From IMG/VR virus record IMGVR_UViG_3300031707_000006, positions 20,499-84,498 of that record: DNA of 64,000 nucleotides, one strand, 5' to 3'. The stretch comes from a virus. This document shows positions 1-8,828 of this stretch, piece by piece. The notes under the pieces were generated by a model. That model saw nothing but the letters and a program-made list of their open reading frames with translations. It was not told the origin of the DNA and searched no databases. Position numbers and translations under genes: made by a program. The number at the start of each line of letters is the position of its first letter. The stretch's first letter is position 1.

Positions 1-874
1 AAAATTTTCCATCATCAAAAGTAAACGGACTTTCATATTTTTGATTGTTGATATCCCATATATTAAAGATAAATAAATCAATGCTTTCTAATCCTACTTT
101 ATTTCCCTGAATTCCTGGCCCACAGATTTCACCTTGTATAGCATATCCTTCTGGCAACCATTCTTCTATATGATACTTAGCTACCATATTCCAGTATACA
201 TCTGTTTTAGGAATTTTATAATGCAAGAATTTAATTTTGAAACTATGGATTAGTTTCTTTACAAAACCTTTAGGTGTTCTAGGATCAAGTAATAACATAT
301 TTCGAGAACACACTCCGAATTTACCATTATATCTGAAAAAAGAAGCGCTCATCCCGTCCAATTTTTGTGTAATATAATAAGACTTACCGTGTAGATTTTC
401 CAGTAACCAGGGTTCAGATTGTATTCTTACTTCATCTGTTTTTCTAAGAAATGATGGGAAACTTCTCCCTTTTCTAGTACCTGCCCAATTACTACTAGGA
501 CTTCCAGGTAGCTGTTTCTCATACTTTTCTATACCCAATATGGGAGTTACATCTGCTCCTATCTCAATTTTAACTAGATCCCCGTAGGAATCTAGGATAG
601 ATATTGGAAGAACAAGTCCCTGAGAGGTAACTTTCCTCAATCGTACAGTTCTTAAGCGATATTGTTTATCGTCTGTATTTGGTTTAAATAAGAATTCAGA
701 CCAATCTTTTCTAGGCAATAATGCATCTATTTCTAGATAGATACACAAATCTCCTGAGACAAATTCACCTTTTTTTACTACTACTTGCCACCCCAAGACC
801 ACCGCTGTTTCGATCTGATTTGCGTCAGGTATTGGTCTTATTTCTTTAATTTCTTGTATTGTTGCAAGTGTCAT
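1..874 (-). CDS. RNA ligase (Rnl2/DRB0094-like), 3' end runs off the window
   Basis: Manual translation from ATG 874: MTLATIQEIKEIRPIPDANQIETAVVLGWQVVVKKGEF... with nucleotidyltransferase motif I (YITQKLDGMS) and motif III-like QGEICGPGIQGN. Confidence 0.88.
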   Translation of the reverse strand, partial: MTLATIQEIKEIRPIPDANQIETAVVLGWQVVVKKGEFVSGDLCIYLEIDALLPRKDWSEFLFKPNTDDKQYRLRTVRLRKVTSQGLVLPISILDSYGDLVKIEIGADVTPILGIEKYEKQLPGSPSSNWAGTRKGRSFPSFLRKTDEVRIQSEPWLLENLHGKSYYITQKLDGMSASFFRYNGKFGVCSRNMLLLDPRTPKGFVKKLIHSFKIKFLHYKIPKTDVYWNMVAKYHIEEWLPEGYAIQGEICGPGIQGNKVGLESIDLFIFNIWDINNQKYESPFTFDDGKF

Positions 875-875
875 A

Positions 876-1079
876 TTAACCTTCTAATTCATCTGTCCAA
901 AATTCAGGACATTGCCAACCATACTCATCAAGATTATCTAACCATTTACGTTTAAAATTAGCAGTTGGTAATAAGACTTCGATTACACTCACCAAATCTA
1001 ATGAGCGTCCCTCCATAATTAATTGATCATTTAGATATAAACCCTGCCAATCATTAACTTCCAGTAGTCGGATTTTCAT
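876..1079 (-). CDS. hypothetical protein
   Basis: 67-aa ORF tightly packed in the minus-strand operon. Confidence 0.6.
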   Translation of the reverse strand: MKIRLLEVNDWQGLYLNDQLIMEGRSLDLVSVIEVLLPTANFKRKWLDNLDEYGWQCPEFWTDELEG

Positions 1080-1266
1080 TGCCTTTTATCCTTTCTTTTT
1101 CTACCCCAATAGCATATCTTAGTCGCTGTAAAATAGCTTCTTGTGTGTTAAAACAGCCCAGTATATATCCAACATTATAATCACTTTGTCCTTCAAAATT
1201 TTGCATTTCAACATCCTCAAACATTCCTATATAATCTTCTAACCATTGTAATAAACCTGGATACAT
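1054..1266 (-). CDS. hypothetical protein
   Basis: 70-aa ORF, co-oriented, overlaps neighbour. Confidence 0.6.
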   Translation of the reverse strand: MYPGLLQWLEDYIGMFEDVEMQNFEGQSDYNVGYILGCFNTQEAILQRLRYAIGVEKERIKGNENPTTGS

Positions 1267-1267
1267 A

Positions 1268-2023
1268 TTACACCCCTTCTATCCTTTCCTTTGCAATATT
1301 AAAATATTTTTTATCCATTTCTATACCTATAAAGTTTCTACCTGTTTGTACACATGCTACACCAGTTGTACCACTACCCATACAGAAATCCAGTACAATA
1401 TCATCAGGATTACTATATGTTTTTATAAGATATTCATAGAGGGCAACAGGCTTTTGAGTGGGATGCGGTGGATTATGTTCAGACCCAATTTCGAGTAAAC
1501 TACCAGGAAAATTCTCAAACGGAATGATGCGATCAAGTTTATTGGATGGTCTATCATATCGATGTTCTGAATTGTACATTTGCGGACGATGCCACTTTTT
1601 ATCCACTCGCACCAGCCCTTGTGGGTTATATATCATCCTGTTCTCAGAGTGCCCATCATGGGCAATCATCCCACTTGAGAAAACAATAATATTCTCATGC
1701 TGTCTTATGGGCGAGTTTTTGGCATGGAAGAAATTAAAACCCTTACTTTTTTTCCAAATCCACTCATATTTGAACCACTTTAGATTGCTCATTACTAATG
1801 CACTTGTGAAAGGTTGACTTGCCGTAGTGATGAATGCCCCGTGCGGTTTCAATATACGTCTAACTTCTTTCCACATTGGTTCAAACGGAATAATTACATC
1901 CCACTTACAAGCAGTAGTTCCATATGGCAAATCAGTAGCAATCAAATCTACACTTTGTGCTGGTAAAGTTGGCAGTATATCCAAACAATCACCAAGATAT
2001 AACGTTACATCAACTGTTGCCAT
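1268..2023 (-). CDS. DNA N4-cytosine/N6-adenine methyltransferase (beta class)
   Basis: GDCL, catalytic DLPYG, HPTQKP and SAM-binding DFCMGSGTTG motifs in beta-class order. Confidence 0.93.
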   Translation of the reverse strand: MATVDVTLYLGDCLDILPTLPAQSVDLIATDLPYGTTACKWDVIIPFEPMWKEVRRILKPHGAFITTASQPFTSALVMSNLKWFKYEWIWKKSKGFNFFHAKNSPIRQHENIIVFSSGMIAHDGHSENRMIYNPQGLVRVDKKWHRPQMYNSEHRYDRPSNKLDRIIPFENFPGSLLEIGSEHNPPHPTQKPVALYEYLIKTYSNPDDIVLDFCMGSGTTGVACVQTGRNFIGIEMDKKYFNIAKERIEGV

Positions 2024-2058
2024 AAAAATGCCTTATAGAAAGTTATAAACTGAAATTA

Positions 2059-2448
2059 TCACGCTATTCTCTCATTTGCGATATTAAAATACTTTTCATC
2101 CATTATTTCCTTTACGAAAACTTTTAGATGATACTTCTTAGCAGTATCTATCATGTTTTTTGTGCCCTTACTTATACCATCCCAAATAGCAATTAGTGCA
2201 TCTGCATTTTTAGCCATTTGCTCATTACGAATCGGGCCAGCAGCAGTACCATATCTTTCCCAATCTGCTAAAAAAGAACTAACTGGTATATCATTACTCA
2301 TTGCGTAACCTAATCCTAAACTATCTACGCCCTTTGCACCACCATATACTACCACAGAAATTTGATCTTTCCAACCAGACTCTTCTATAGTAGTTTCTAG
2401 AAGTGCATAATCATCTATCGTCCTACTTCCAGCAATAATAACTCTCAT
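2059..2448 (-). CDS. SLOG-family (YspA/DUF2493-like) protein
   Basis: IIAGSR, GGAKGVD, ADWERYGTAAGPIRNEQM and WDGISKGT motifs. Confidence 0.85.
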   Translation of the reverse strand: MRVIIAGSRTIDDYALLETTIEESGWKDQISVVVYGGAKGVDSLGLGYAMSNDIPVSSFLADWERYGTAAGPIRNEQMAKNADALIAIWDGISKGTKNMIDTAKKYHLKVFVKEIMDEKYFNIANERIA

Positions 2449-4097
2449 ATATTCTTTTTCATTTCTTTTGTTAATTCTACAAAGGTTTCTGTTTGTCCTA
2501 AATTAAGATATCGAGTAAGCCACATACTGTGAAATTGTGCGGATGATTTCTTAATCTGATTAGGAGTTATGTAGTCTATTCTGTGATCTGGAATTATTTT
2601 TTCACAACCATATTTTCTTATGGCATCAATTACCCATAAACTATAATCAGCTGGAATCAATAGGGCGAGGGGTAAATTATATTCTATACATTTTTCAAAG
2701 AACTTTTTCTTTAAACTATTCCCGCTAAACGCCAACTTACCATTTCTTCTAACTAAAAATATATGATTATTTTTTAGTTCTAAACAATACACAAGATCAT
2801 TATATTGAACTATAGATTTTCTTTTTCCGAGAAATGCCCTTTTTTGTTTTGCCAAACAACCTTTATATCCTTTATTCGTTTTATCATAAATATATGAAGC
2901 AAAACTTCCCAACTTTACAGAAATTTCTACTAGATCGTTTGCTAATCTTCTAGATACTGTATAGAAATATCTTCCACCCATACTCATACAACCATCCCCA
3001 AATAAATACCATTTCAACAAAATATCCAGAAATCTTGGTGACAACTCTTTTAGATTAGATGGAATAAATTTAGTATGAGAATTTCCAAACTGATGTAAAT
3101 ATGTCCAAAGTTGAACACTGGAAATTTCAAACATACTAATTTCACCGGGATATTTGCGTTCTCTCACGTTAAAAGGAAGTTTACTAAGAAGTTCTCTAAT
3201 AATAGTTGCATTAGGTTCTTTTTGTTTTATAGAAACTTCATAAAGATGTTTTTGTTTCCCCTTATGATTTTCAAATTCTTCTTTCGTTGATCCTCTAGTA
3301 CATCCTTCTGAAACCCAAATACCAAAGAAAGCACACCAATCCTCCATTTTTACCTTAATTTCTTCAAATACTCTTTGTTGTTTATTATAAATTAGGGAGA
3401 CACTTGGAACAACAAAATATTCTTCTTCTTTCCCTTTCCATATAAATCCAGAACGGTTAAGACAGTGAGGAGATTTTACGTCACTTGCTAAGATTAATTC
3501 CTTAGATTTAGTATCCCTACCCTTTCCATATATTTTATTTGTAGTAATAACGTCTCCTTTATTATTAACCGCATAAATTCTATGATTGGGTGTTACTAAT
3601 AAATCCACTAATTTATTTTTGAAATAAATCATTTCTCCTTGATACGGGCTACTAATAACATTTTTTACATCATCCCAGGATATTTCCAGAGAATTTGAAT
3701 CAAGACTAAGCACTCTATCAGCAACAGACACATCTTTAAGCAATTTCCATCCGTTATTAGTTAAGGTTTCCGTCTGAGAGTCGTAACAAAAGGGAGGATT
3801 AGTTATAATACAAGTCGCATTCCAATCTAAAATTAATTTATCAGGTATTGGATCAGATAGAAAGTTACAATTATAATTCATATCTGTAAGCCTAATATCA
3901 GAAGTAAATACACTATAACCATTTACTTTAAATACATTAGCCAGTCTGTGTTCTCCTGCGGCACATTCCCATATAATTTCAAACCGATGATTTATAAAAG
4001 GAAGAAGTAATTCTGTGGCATATCGAGGAGTAGAAAACATATCACGTCTTTGAACTGTCCCTGGAGTTTGTTTTTGTGGCTTCTTTGGTTTATTCAT
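2445..4097 (-). CDS. DNA adenine methyltransferase-like protein interrupted by an intein (about 193 aa after splicing)
   Basis: TPRYA, WECAAGE (SAM-binding) and ITNPPF catalytic motif; extein resumes SLKKKFFEKC...ALLIP. Confidence 0.8.
   Translation of the reverse strand: MNKPKKPQKQTPGTVQRRDMFSTPRYATELLLPFINHRFEIIWECAAGEHRLANVFKVNGYSVFTSDIRLTDMNYNCNFLSDPIPDKLILDWNATCIITNPPFCYDSQTETLTNNGWKLLKDVSVADRVLSLDSNSLEISWDDVKNVISSPYQGEMIYFKNKLVDLLVTPNHRIYAVNNKGDVITTNKIYGKGRDTKSKELILASDVKSPHCLNRSGFIWKGKEEEYFVVPSVSLIYNKQQRVFEEIKVKMEDWCAFFGIWVSEGCTRGSTKEEFENHKGKQKHLYEVSIKQKEPNATIIRELLSKLPFNVRERKYPGEISMFEISSVQLWTYLHQFGNSHTKFIPSNLKELSPRFLDILLKWYLFGDGCMSMGGRYFYTVSRRLANDLVEISVKLGSFASYIYDKTNKGYKGCLAKQKRAFLGKRKSIVQYNDLVYCLELKNNHIFLVRRNGKLAFSGNSLKKKFFEKCIEYNLPLALLIPADYSLWVIDAIRKYGCEKIIPDHRIDYITPNQIKKSSAQFHSMWLTRYLNLGQTETFVELTKEMKKNI
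2718..3788 (-). mobile_element. intein with LAGLIDADG endonuclease (357 aa) in methyltransferase
   Basis: Starts CYDSQTETLTNNGWK, block B VTPNH, GIWVSEG and LFGDG endonuclease helices, ends VYCL...SGN followed by Ser. Confidence 0.92.
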
Positions 4098-4594
4098 TTT
4101 ACTAATTCTTCGTTATAGTCTTCCTTCCAATCTAAATCATCTATATCCCAATAAGATAATTGTGAATACCCTTTAACAATCCCTCCAGTACTGCCTCTTG
4201 CTGTTTTAATTTGATGAATTTTATCTCGATTAACTTCTACTACTGCGGGAGTAATTACAGGTACTAATACTAATTGAGCAATTGCAGTACCATGTTGAAG
4301 AATTAATTCAGTATCCCAACCATTATAGATCTTTACTAGAATTTCCCCTTGGTAACTACTATCGATAATTCCTGCACCTACTAAATAATCACTACCACTT
4401 TTAGGCCAAATTTGGCCCACATACCCTTTAGGAATTTCAATAGTTATCCCTGTTTGTAATGCTTTAAAAGTAAATGGATGGACTACTGAATATTTTTCAG
4501 GAGAATAATTATATAAATCCAAACCCGCATCTGTGGGAAATTTCCGAGTAGGCAGTACTGTGTAATCATACAACTTACAAACTTTTATAAGCAT
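4094..4594 (-). CDS. dut: trimeric dUTPase
   Basis: DAGLDL, TGI, PKSG, GIIDSSYQGEI and RGSTGG motifs. Confidence 0.93.
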   Translation of the reverse strand: MLIKVCKLYDYTVLPTRKFPTDAGLDLYNYSPEKYSVVHPFTFKALQTGITIEIPKGYVGQIWPKSGSDYLVGAGIIDSSYQGEILVKIYNGWDTELILQHGTAIAQLVLVPVITPAVVEVNRDKIHQIKTARGSTGGIVKGYSQLSYWDIDDLDWKEDYNEELVK

Positions 4595-5109
4595 TTTAAT
4601 ATCTCCATTAGTGAATAAATCCTAATTACATTTTCTTTTTCCCAATTTTGATTCCAGGGCTTATCTTTTAAGAATATTTTTATTGTGTCTGGAATTTTCT
4701 TTATATTTTTAATTTGATCTTCTGTAAAGGCAATGATATTTAATCTGGAAATTTCTACCTCTTTTTTATCAGTAAGAATCAAGTTCTCAGGATAAGGTAA
4801 ACTCTCTCTTTTCAACCAGTTCTGTGTAGCAATTAAAATTTCTGGAGGACGATTAGTAATATAATAAATATTATATTTTTCTGCCAGATAATTTAGCACC
4901 ACCAAATCTTGTGGTGTTATTTTCTCACAACTATAAAGAGTCTCTATCTTTATAAAATTCTTCCAGAATTCCTCTGTATAGTATTTAAGATGATTGCCCC
5001 AAAATTCAGTATAAGTTGCACTTAATCTATGATAGACTTGTAACTCTCTATATGCAGGATCAGCAAAGTTATAGAGTACATCATCCAGATCAAATCCTAT
5101 TGATTCCAT
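4585..5109 (-). CDS. HAD-family 5'(3')-deoxyribonucleotidase-like protein
   Basis: GFDLDDVL motif I, YITNR, EDQ and KPWN motifs. Confidence 0.8.
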   Translation of the reverse strand: MESIGFDLDDVLYNFADPAYRELQVYHRLSATYTEFWGNHLKYYTEEFWKNFIKIETLYSCEKITPQDLVVLNYLAEKYNIYYITNRPPEILIATQNWLKRESLPYPENLILTDKKEVEISRLNIIAFTEDQIKNIKKIPDTIKIFLKDKPWNQNWEKENVIRIYSLMEILKCL

Positions 5110-5323
5110 TTTCTTCTTCCCAAATCTTCTGCCTTAAATATACAGCCATATCTAAACATTCAAAATAAGCATCTCTAAGTGCTTTTCTCCCATTGAAAGG
5201 TTGTAACCTTGTACCATAAGTCTGCATACCAATCTGATCTCTTTGTTTCATATCTTCAATAACTAGATCCCACATAGCAGGAAGATCATTCCTAATCGGT
5301 GTAGGTTCTTCTTGATTATCCAT
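5090..5323 (-). CDS. small alpha-helical phage protein, possibly MazG-like nucleotide pyrophosphohydrolase
   Basis: RDQIGMQTYGT...DAYFECLDMAVYL pattern with E-x-x-D helix; function inferred. Confidence 0.45.
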   Translation of the reverse strand: MDNQEEPTPIRNDLPAMWDLVIEDMKQRDQIGMQTYGTRLQPFNGRKALRDAYFECLDMAVYLRQKIWEEENGINRI

Positions 5324-5334
5324 TTTATTTTCCT

Positions 5335-5556
5335 TTATGCATCCACAGGTTTACTACTTGCAGCAAATATTTCACAAAATTTGATATAATTTTCAATATT
5401 AATTCCTAGATCATAAATCTTAACTTCTAGAATATTTACATACTCAGCAATTGCATCACCATTTATCCAACCATCTTCCTCAATCTGCCCATCTCCTTTC
5501 AAGGGGGCTAATGCAACAAATCCAATATCATCATGCAGTAATTTCCACTTTTTCAT
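5335..5556 (-). CDS. hypothetical protein
   Basis: 73-aa co-oriented ORF. Confidence 0.55.
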   Translation of the reverse strand: MKKWKLLHDDIGFVALAPLKGDGQIEEDGWINGDAIAEYVNILEVKIYDLGINIENYIKFCEIFAASSKPVDA

Positions 5557-5667
5557 AATATTGCATCCACATTATGCGTGTAGTTAATTACCCAGGTAAA
5601 TCTAGATTCTAATAGTTTTTTTAGAGCATCTTTATCATAACCTTGACGCTGTTCCAAATCAAAAATC

Positions 5668-6588
5668 TCATTTACTAACGTATCTATCATATTTAAAACC
5701 TGCTCGTCCATTTTTATCTCCTAGTTCAAAAATATATTTTGACTTTTCCTTAATTAGATCTTGAAATTGCTCTTTTGTCCCACCATCCCTAAAAAAGTAT
5801 GATGGTGAATATCCTTTATCGAACTCCCAAAAGTTATATAATTTTGTTCTATATATTCCTAAATGTTGTACAACCTTTCTACTACCAATTTCTCCGCCTT
5901 GATCATTATCGTAAGAAATGATTATCTCCTTACAGTTAATGAATTTAGAATACCATTCTGGCAACCAGGTCTCTGCACCTGTATCACAACAAACTGCTGG
6001 TATACCTTGCTGTGCTAAAGCTAAGACATCATTTGGCCCTTCTACCACTACTACAAAATCCGTCACTCTCAATACACCTTCGTTGAATAATAGCGGTGGT
6101 ACTCCTCGATACCAACGTGCTACTTCTTTTTTTGGTAAGTCCCTTCTTTTCTGGAATTGCCTGAAAGTGCCATCCATGAAGATAGGGATTAGATACCAAC
6201 TATCATACCACCCCAATTGAAATCTTTGAATTGTGATGTCTGTAAACTTTCTGGTGTACCAATATTCTCTATGATATTTTCCTAACTCATAAAATGCCTC
6301 GATCAAAGCAGGATAAACAATTACATCCTCTTGATTAGTTGTAGTTAAAACATAGGTCGATGAATACCCCAACAACTTTAAATACTCACGGGCCTCAACC
6401 TCTGGCAGTCCCCTCACATTCATAAGGTAATGAAGAGCGTCACCAACTAATCCTTTCGAATTGAAGAAATACAACTGCTTCTGCTTGTCAATTACAAGCG
6501 AGGAGTGGTCACTCGATCTGCCCCAACGGGTTGATGAATAATCAATTCCAAAATCCTCACTAATTAGTTTTTCAAGTATCGTTTCCAT
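5668..6588 (-). CDS. DnaG-type DNA primase (Toprim)
   Basis: VVEGPNDVLAL and YDND Toprim motifs, FQLGW and LIPIF primase core. Confidence 0.85.
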   Translation of the reverse strand: METILEKLISEDFGIDYSSTRWGRSSDHSSLVIDKQKQLYFFNSKGLVGDALHYLMNVRGLPEVEAREYLKLLGYSSTYVLTTTNQEDVIVYPALIEAFYELGKYHREYWYTRKFTDITIQRFQLGWYDSWYLIPIFMDGTFRQFQKRRDLPKKEVARWYRGVPPLLFNEGVLRVTDFVVVVEGPNDVLALAQQGIPAVCCDTGAETWLPEWYSKFINCKEIIISYDNDQGGEIGSRKVVQHLGIYRTKLYNFWEFDKGYSPSYFFRDGGTKEQFQDLIKEKSKYIFELGDKNGRAGFKYDRYVSK

Positions 6589-6748
6589 AATTCTCCAAAT
6601 TAGAATCAGCTTGATGTCTTTTTAAGATCTCAGTGCGCTTCTTTTCTAAAATCTTTTGGATTAATTTCACACTATCCCCATCTTTTCTCATGCCATATTT
6701 TCTTTTATTAATTTTACGATCTCTTTTAATACATTTACTTAGTTTCAT

Positions 6749-7123
6749 TTAAATCTTTTCACAAATATAATAAGGAAATTCAGAAATACTAAAAAATATT
6801 CTCCTAATCCCTCTTTTCCTAAGAAGATTATAGCAATTATTGCATGGTCTAGCTAGCATAGGATTTCCATTATGATCCTCTCTATAGACATATACTGTAG
6901 CCCCGATCAAATCATATTTACCTGAAATTGTAACAGCTCTATATTCAGCATGAAAACTCTTTTGAAATGTGCCTAAATTTGATGGATGTGTTTTATTAAG
7001 ATTACATGCAGCAGAAAAAGGTTTTTTCTTAGCAATTATACATCCAACCCTTATAGAATGATCAGAAAATTTGCTTATGTTTCTTGCTAATTTAAAATAT
7101 CCTATATTCAATAAACTGTTCAC
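6749..7123 (-). CDS. cytidine/dCMP deaminase-family protein
   Basis: HAE and PCNNC zinc motifs; GTG start. Confidence 0.8.
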   Translation of the reverse strand: MNSLLNIGYFKLARNISKFSDHSIRVGCIIAKKKPFSAACNLNKTHPSNLGTFQKSFHAEYRAVTISGKYDLIGATVYVYREDHNGNPMLARPCNNCYNLLRKRGIRRIFFSISEFPYYICEKI

Positions 7124-7269
7124 TTACTTCTTCTAGCTCTCTTTGGAAGTTTTACAACCAGGATAGCCGTACCATTTTTATACTCTGTATTACATTTTGG
7201 ACAATAAGTAATTAATTTATTATTTTCGATCTTTGTTCTAAGGTGAATGTTACAATCTTTACATCTCAT
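7120..7269 (-). CDS. small zinc-ribbon protein (49 aa)
   Basis: Manual translation MRCKDC...YCPKC; fills the gap and overlaps both neighbours. Confidence 0.55.
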   Translation of the reverse strand: MRCKDCNIHLRTKIENNKLITYCPKCNTEYKNGTAILVVKLPKRARRSK

Positions 7270-7579
7270 CTGCATCTACTCCATCTGTACAATACTCTCC
7301 TGTATAAGATTCTGTCACAAATAAAGTGACAGATAATTCATCATCCGGATATTTTTGGAATAACCAACCACCCGTCTCCAGGTCAGCATATTCAGTATCA
7401 TATCTGGTCTCTGTATAAAGAAGGACTAGATGTTCTCTAAGAAAGTCTAGTAGATCCCAACCACCCTCAAACGACCTATAACCAGCCCCAAAATGGCCTT
7501 CGATAAACTCTAATGCTCTACCTACATCTACTAAGTTTAATAATTTTCTAATTTTCAGTTCCCGTTCTGGTGTTAACAT
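7259..7579 (-). CDS. hypothetical protein
   Basis: 106-aa ORF with AAGGAG RBS. Confidence 0.65.
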   Translation of the reverse strand: MLTPERELKIRKLLNLVDVGRALEFIEGHFGAGYRSFEGGWDLLDFLREHLVLLYTETRYDTEYADLETGGWLFQKYPDDELSVTLFVTESYTGEYCTDGVDADEM

Positions 7580-7590
7580 ATTTTCTCCTT

Positions 7591-7776
7591 TTAATCTATT
7601 CTAGATAAATCTAATTGTTTCAATATTTTATTTTTTAGTTCTATTTCTACTTCTTGCAGACTACTGCCTTTTACTAATCTCCAGACCTTTAAACATAATT
7701 TACAATAGATAAATAATTGATTATCTGTAATGGTTTTATTTCTTCCAATACACGAATTACAATGGGGACACTTCAT
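7591..7776 (-). CDS. small zinc-ribbon protein
   Basis: CPHC...CKLC. Confidence 0.6.
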   Translation of the reverse strand: MKCPHCNSCIGRNKTITDNQLFIYCKLCLKVWRLVKGSSLQEVEIELKNKILKQLDLSRID

Positions 7777-7874
7777 TTATCCTTAGGGCCTTTTATACGC
7801 AAGATAATAAATGTAAGTAAATATCCTGATATTCCAAACAATAAACTGATTAAAATTACTCTTATTATTTCCAT
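7773..7874 (-). CDS. 33-aa membrane peptide
   Basis: MEIIRVILISLLFGISGYLLTFIILRIKGPKDK; stop overlaps next start (ATGA). Confidence 0.45.
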   Translation of the reverse strand: MEIIRVILISLLFGISGYLLTFIILRIKGPKDK

Positions 7875-7887
7875 ATTTTCGTCTTAG

Positions 7888-7962
7888 TCGAGGATGTAGA
7901 AATCGAATCTACCTATTGACAATGTATATAAGACATTCGCTTCACCAGCCAGCCCATCCTCG
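7888..7962 (-). tRNA. tRNA-Ile(UAU), divergent
   Basis: Acceptor CGAGGAT/ATCCTCG, anticodon arm AATGT-CTTATAT-ACATT, T arm GTAGA-TTCGATT-TCTAC; followed by CTA, not CCA. Confidence 0.72.
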
Positions 7963-7963
7963 G

Positions 7964-8197
7964 TTAACATTTAAGCCACCCCATAAGATAAGCAGCATTG
8001 AGATTAAAGACGATCTCATCCACTTCTATCGGTTTAAGAGATAAAGGTAAAGACATCATTATTATTTCCTTAAAGAAAATATTATAACAACTTGAACATA
8101 AATTCACACGGTATGGTGCTTTAGGAAATTCTTTTTCATTCATTTCGTATTGCCTATCTAACCTTTCTAAATAATAATCAACTCTTTCCATGTTCAT
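7964..8197 (-). CDS. hypothetical protein
   Basis: 77-aa ORF with GAGG RBS and a CSSC motif. Confidence 0.55.
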   Translation of the reverse strand: MNMERVDYYLERLDRQYEMNEKEFPKAPYRVNLCSSCYNIFFKEIIMMSLPLSLKPIEVDEIVFNLNAAYLMGWLKC

Positions 8198-8216
8198 ATT
8201 AAACCTCTATTAAGAT

Positions 8217-8251
8217 AAAAAGCAGAACCTTTTTGTGTGGGAAGATCCTGC
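8217..8251 (-). terminator. probable intrinsic terminator
   Basis: Minus strand GCAGGATCTT...AAGGTTCTGC stem followed by TTTTT. Confidence 0.55.
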
Positions 8252-8268
8252 GGGAAACCCGAACTAGA

Positions 8269-8739
8269 TTAAAGTTTATAAGTTCTATTTACTGTAGCGG
8301 CAGAAACAACTGCTGCAACTGCTAAGACAATAAATTCTTTGGTAGAATCTAATTGGGCTAAAGTATCCGCGTTTGCGATTGCTACCTGATAAGTTTTATA
8401 CACATGGGGTGAGACTGTTGTAATTGACCAATATTTTTTAGTTTCCTTATCTCTTGATGCAATTACATAATCTTCTACATGTACTGTTTCTTTCATATTC
8501 TCTTCTCCTTTTGGAAAAATACCATACATTAAACCTTCAAATAATTTATTTGTTTCGTCCTCAAATTCATCTTTCCAGAACATATTTTTCTCCTTTTGTT
8601 TCCATTCTCCTAAACCTTTACACGAAAAACCAAGTTGATTCTCTAATCCGTGATCCATTTGAAACTCAAAAATAGTTGACATTTCAAATATTGTATCTTC
8701 TATTGTATCTTCAAATTCTACAGTTACCTTTTTTATCAT
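8269..8739 (-). CDS. hypothetical protein with nested in-frame starts
   Basis: ATG 8739 has an AAGGAG RBS; the track's start at 8778 lies inside the tRNA. Confidence 0.6.
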   Translation of the reverse strand: MIKKVTVEFEDTIEDTIFEMSTIFEFQMDHGLENQLGFSCKGLGEWKQKEKNMFWKDEFEDETNKLFEGLMYGIFPKGEENMKETVHVEDYVIASRDKETKKYWSITTVSPHVYKTYQVAIANADTLAQLDSTKEFIVLAVAAVVSAATVNRTYKL

Positions 8740-8753
8740 AATTACTCCTTTAG

Positions 8754-8827
8754 CACCCTCGGTGAGATTCGGACTCACAACCCCATTTTTAGAAGAAATG
8801 TGCTCTGATCCGTTGAGCTACGAGGGT
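8754..8827 (-). tRNA. tRNA-Arg(UCU)
   Basis: ACCCTCG/CGAGGGT acceptor, GCTC/GAGC D stem, CATTT-CTTCTAA-AAATG anticodon arm, GTGAG-TCCGAAT-CTCAC T arm; CCA not encoded. Confidence 0.88.
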
Positions 8828-8828
8828 A

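Noticed and set aside
7860-8755. HDV-like ribozymes at tRNA 3' ends
   Set aside because: Both intact tRNAs are followed within about 15 nt by the next start codon, leaving no room
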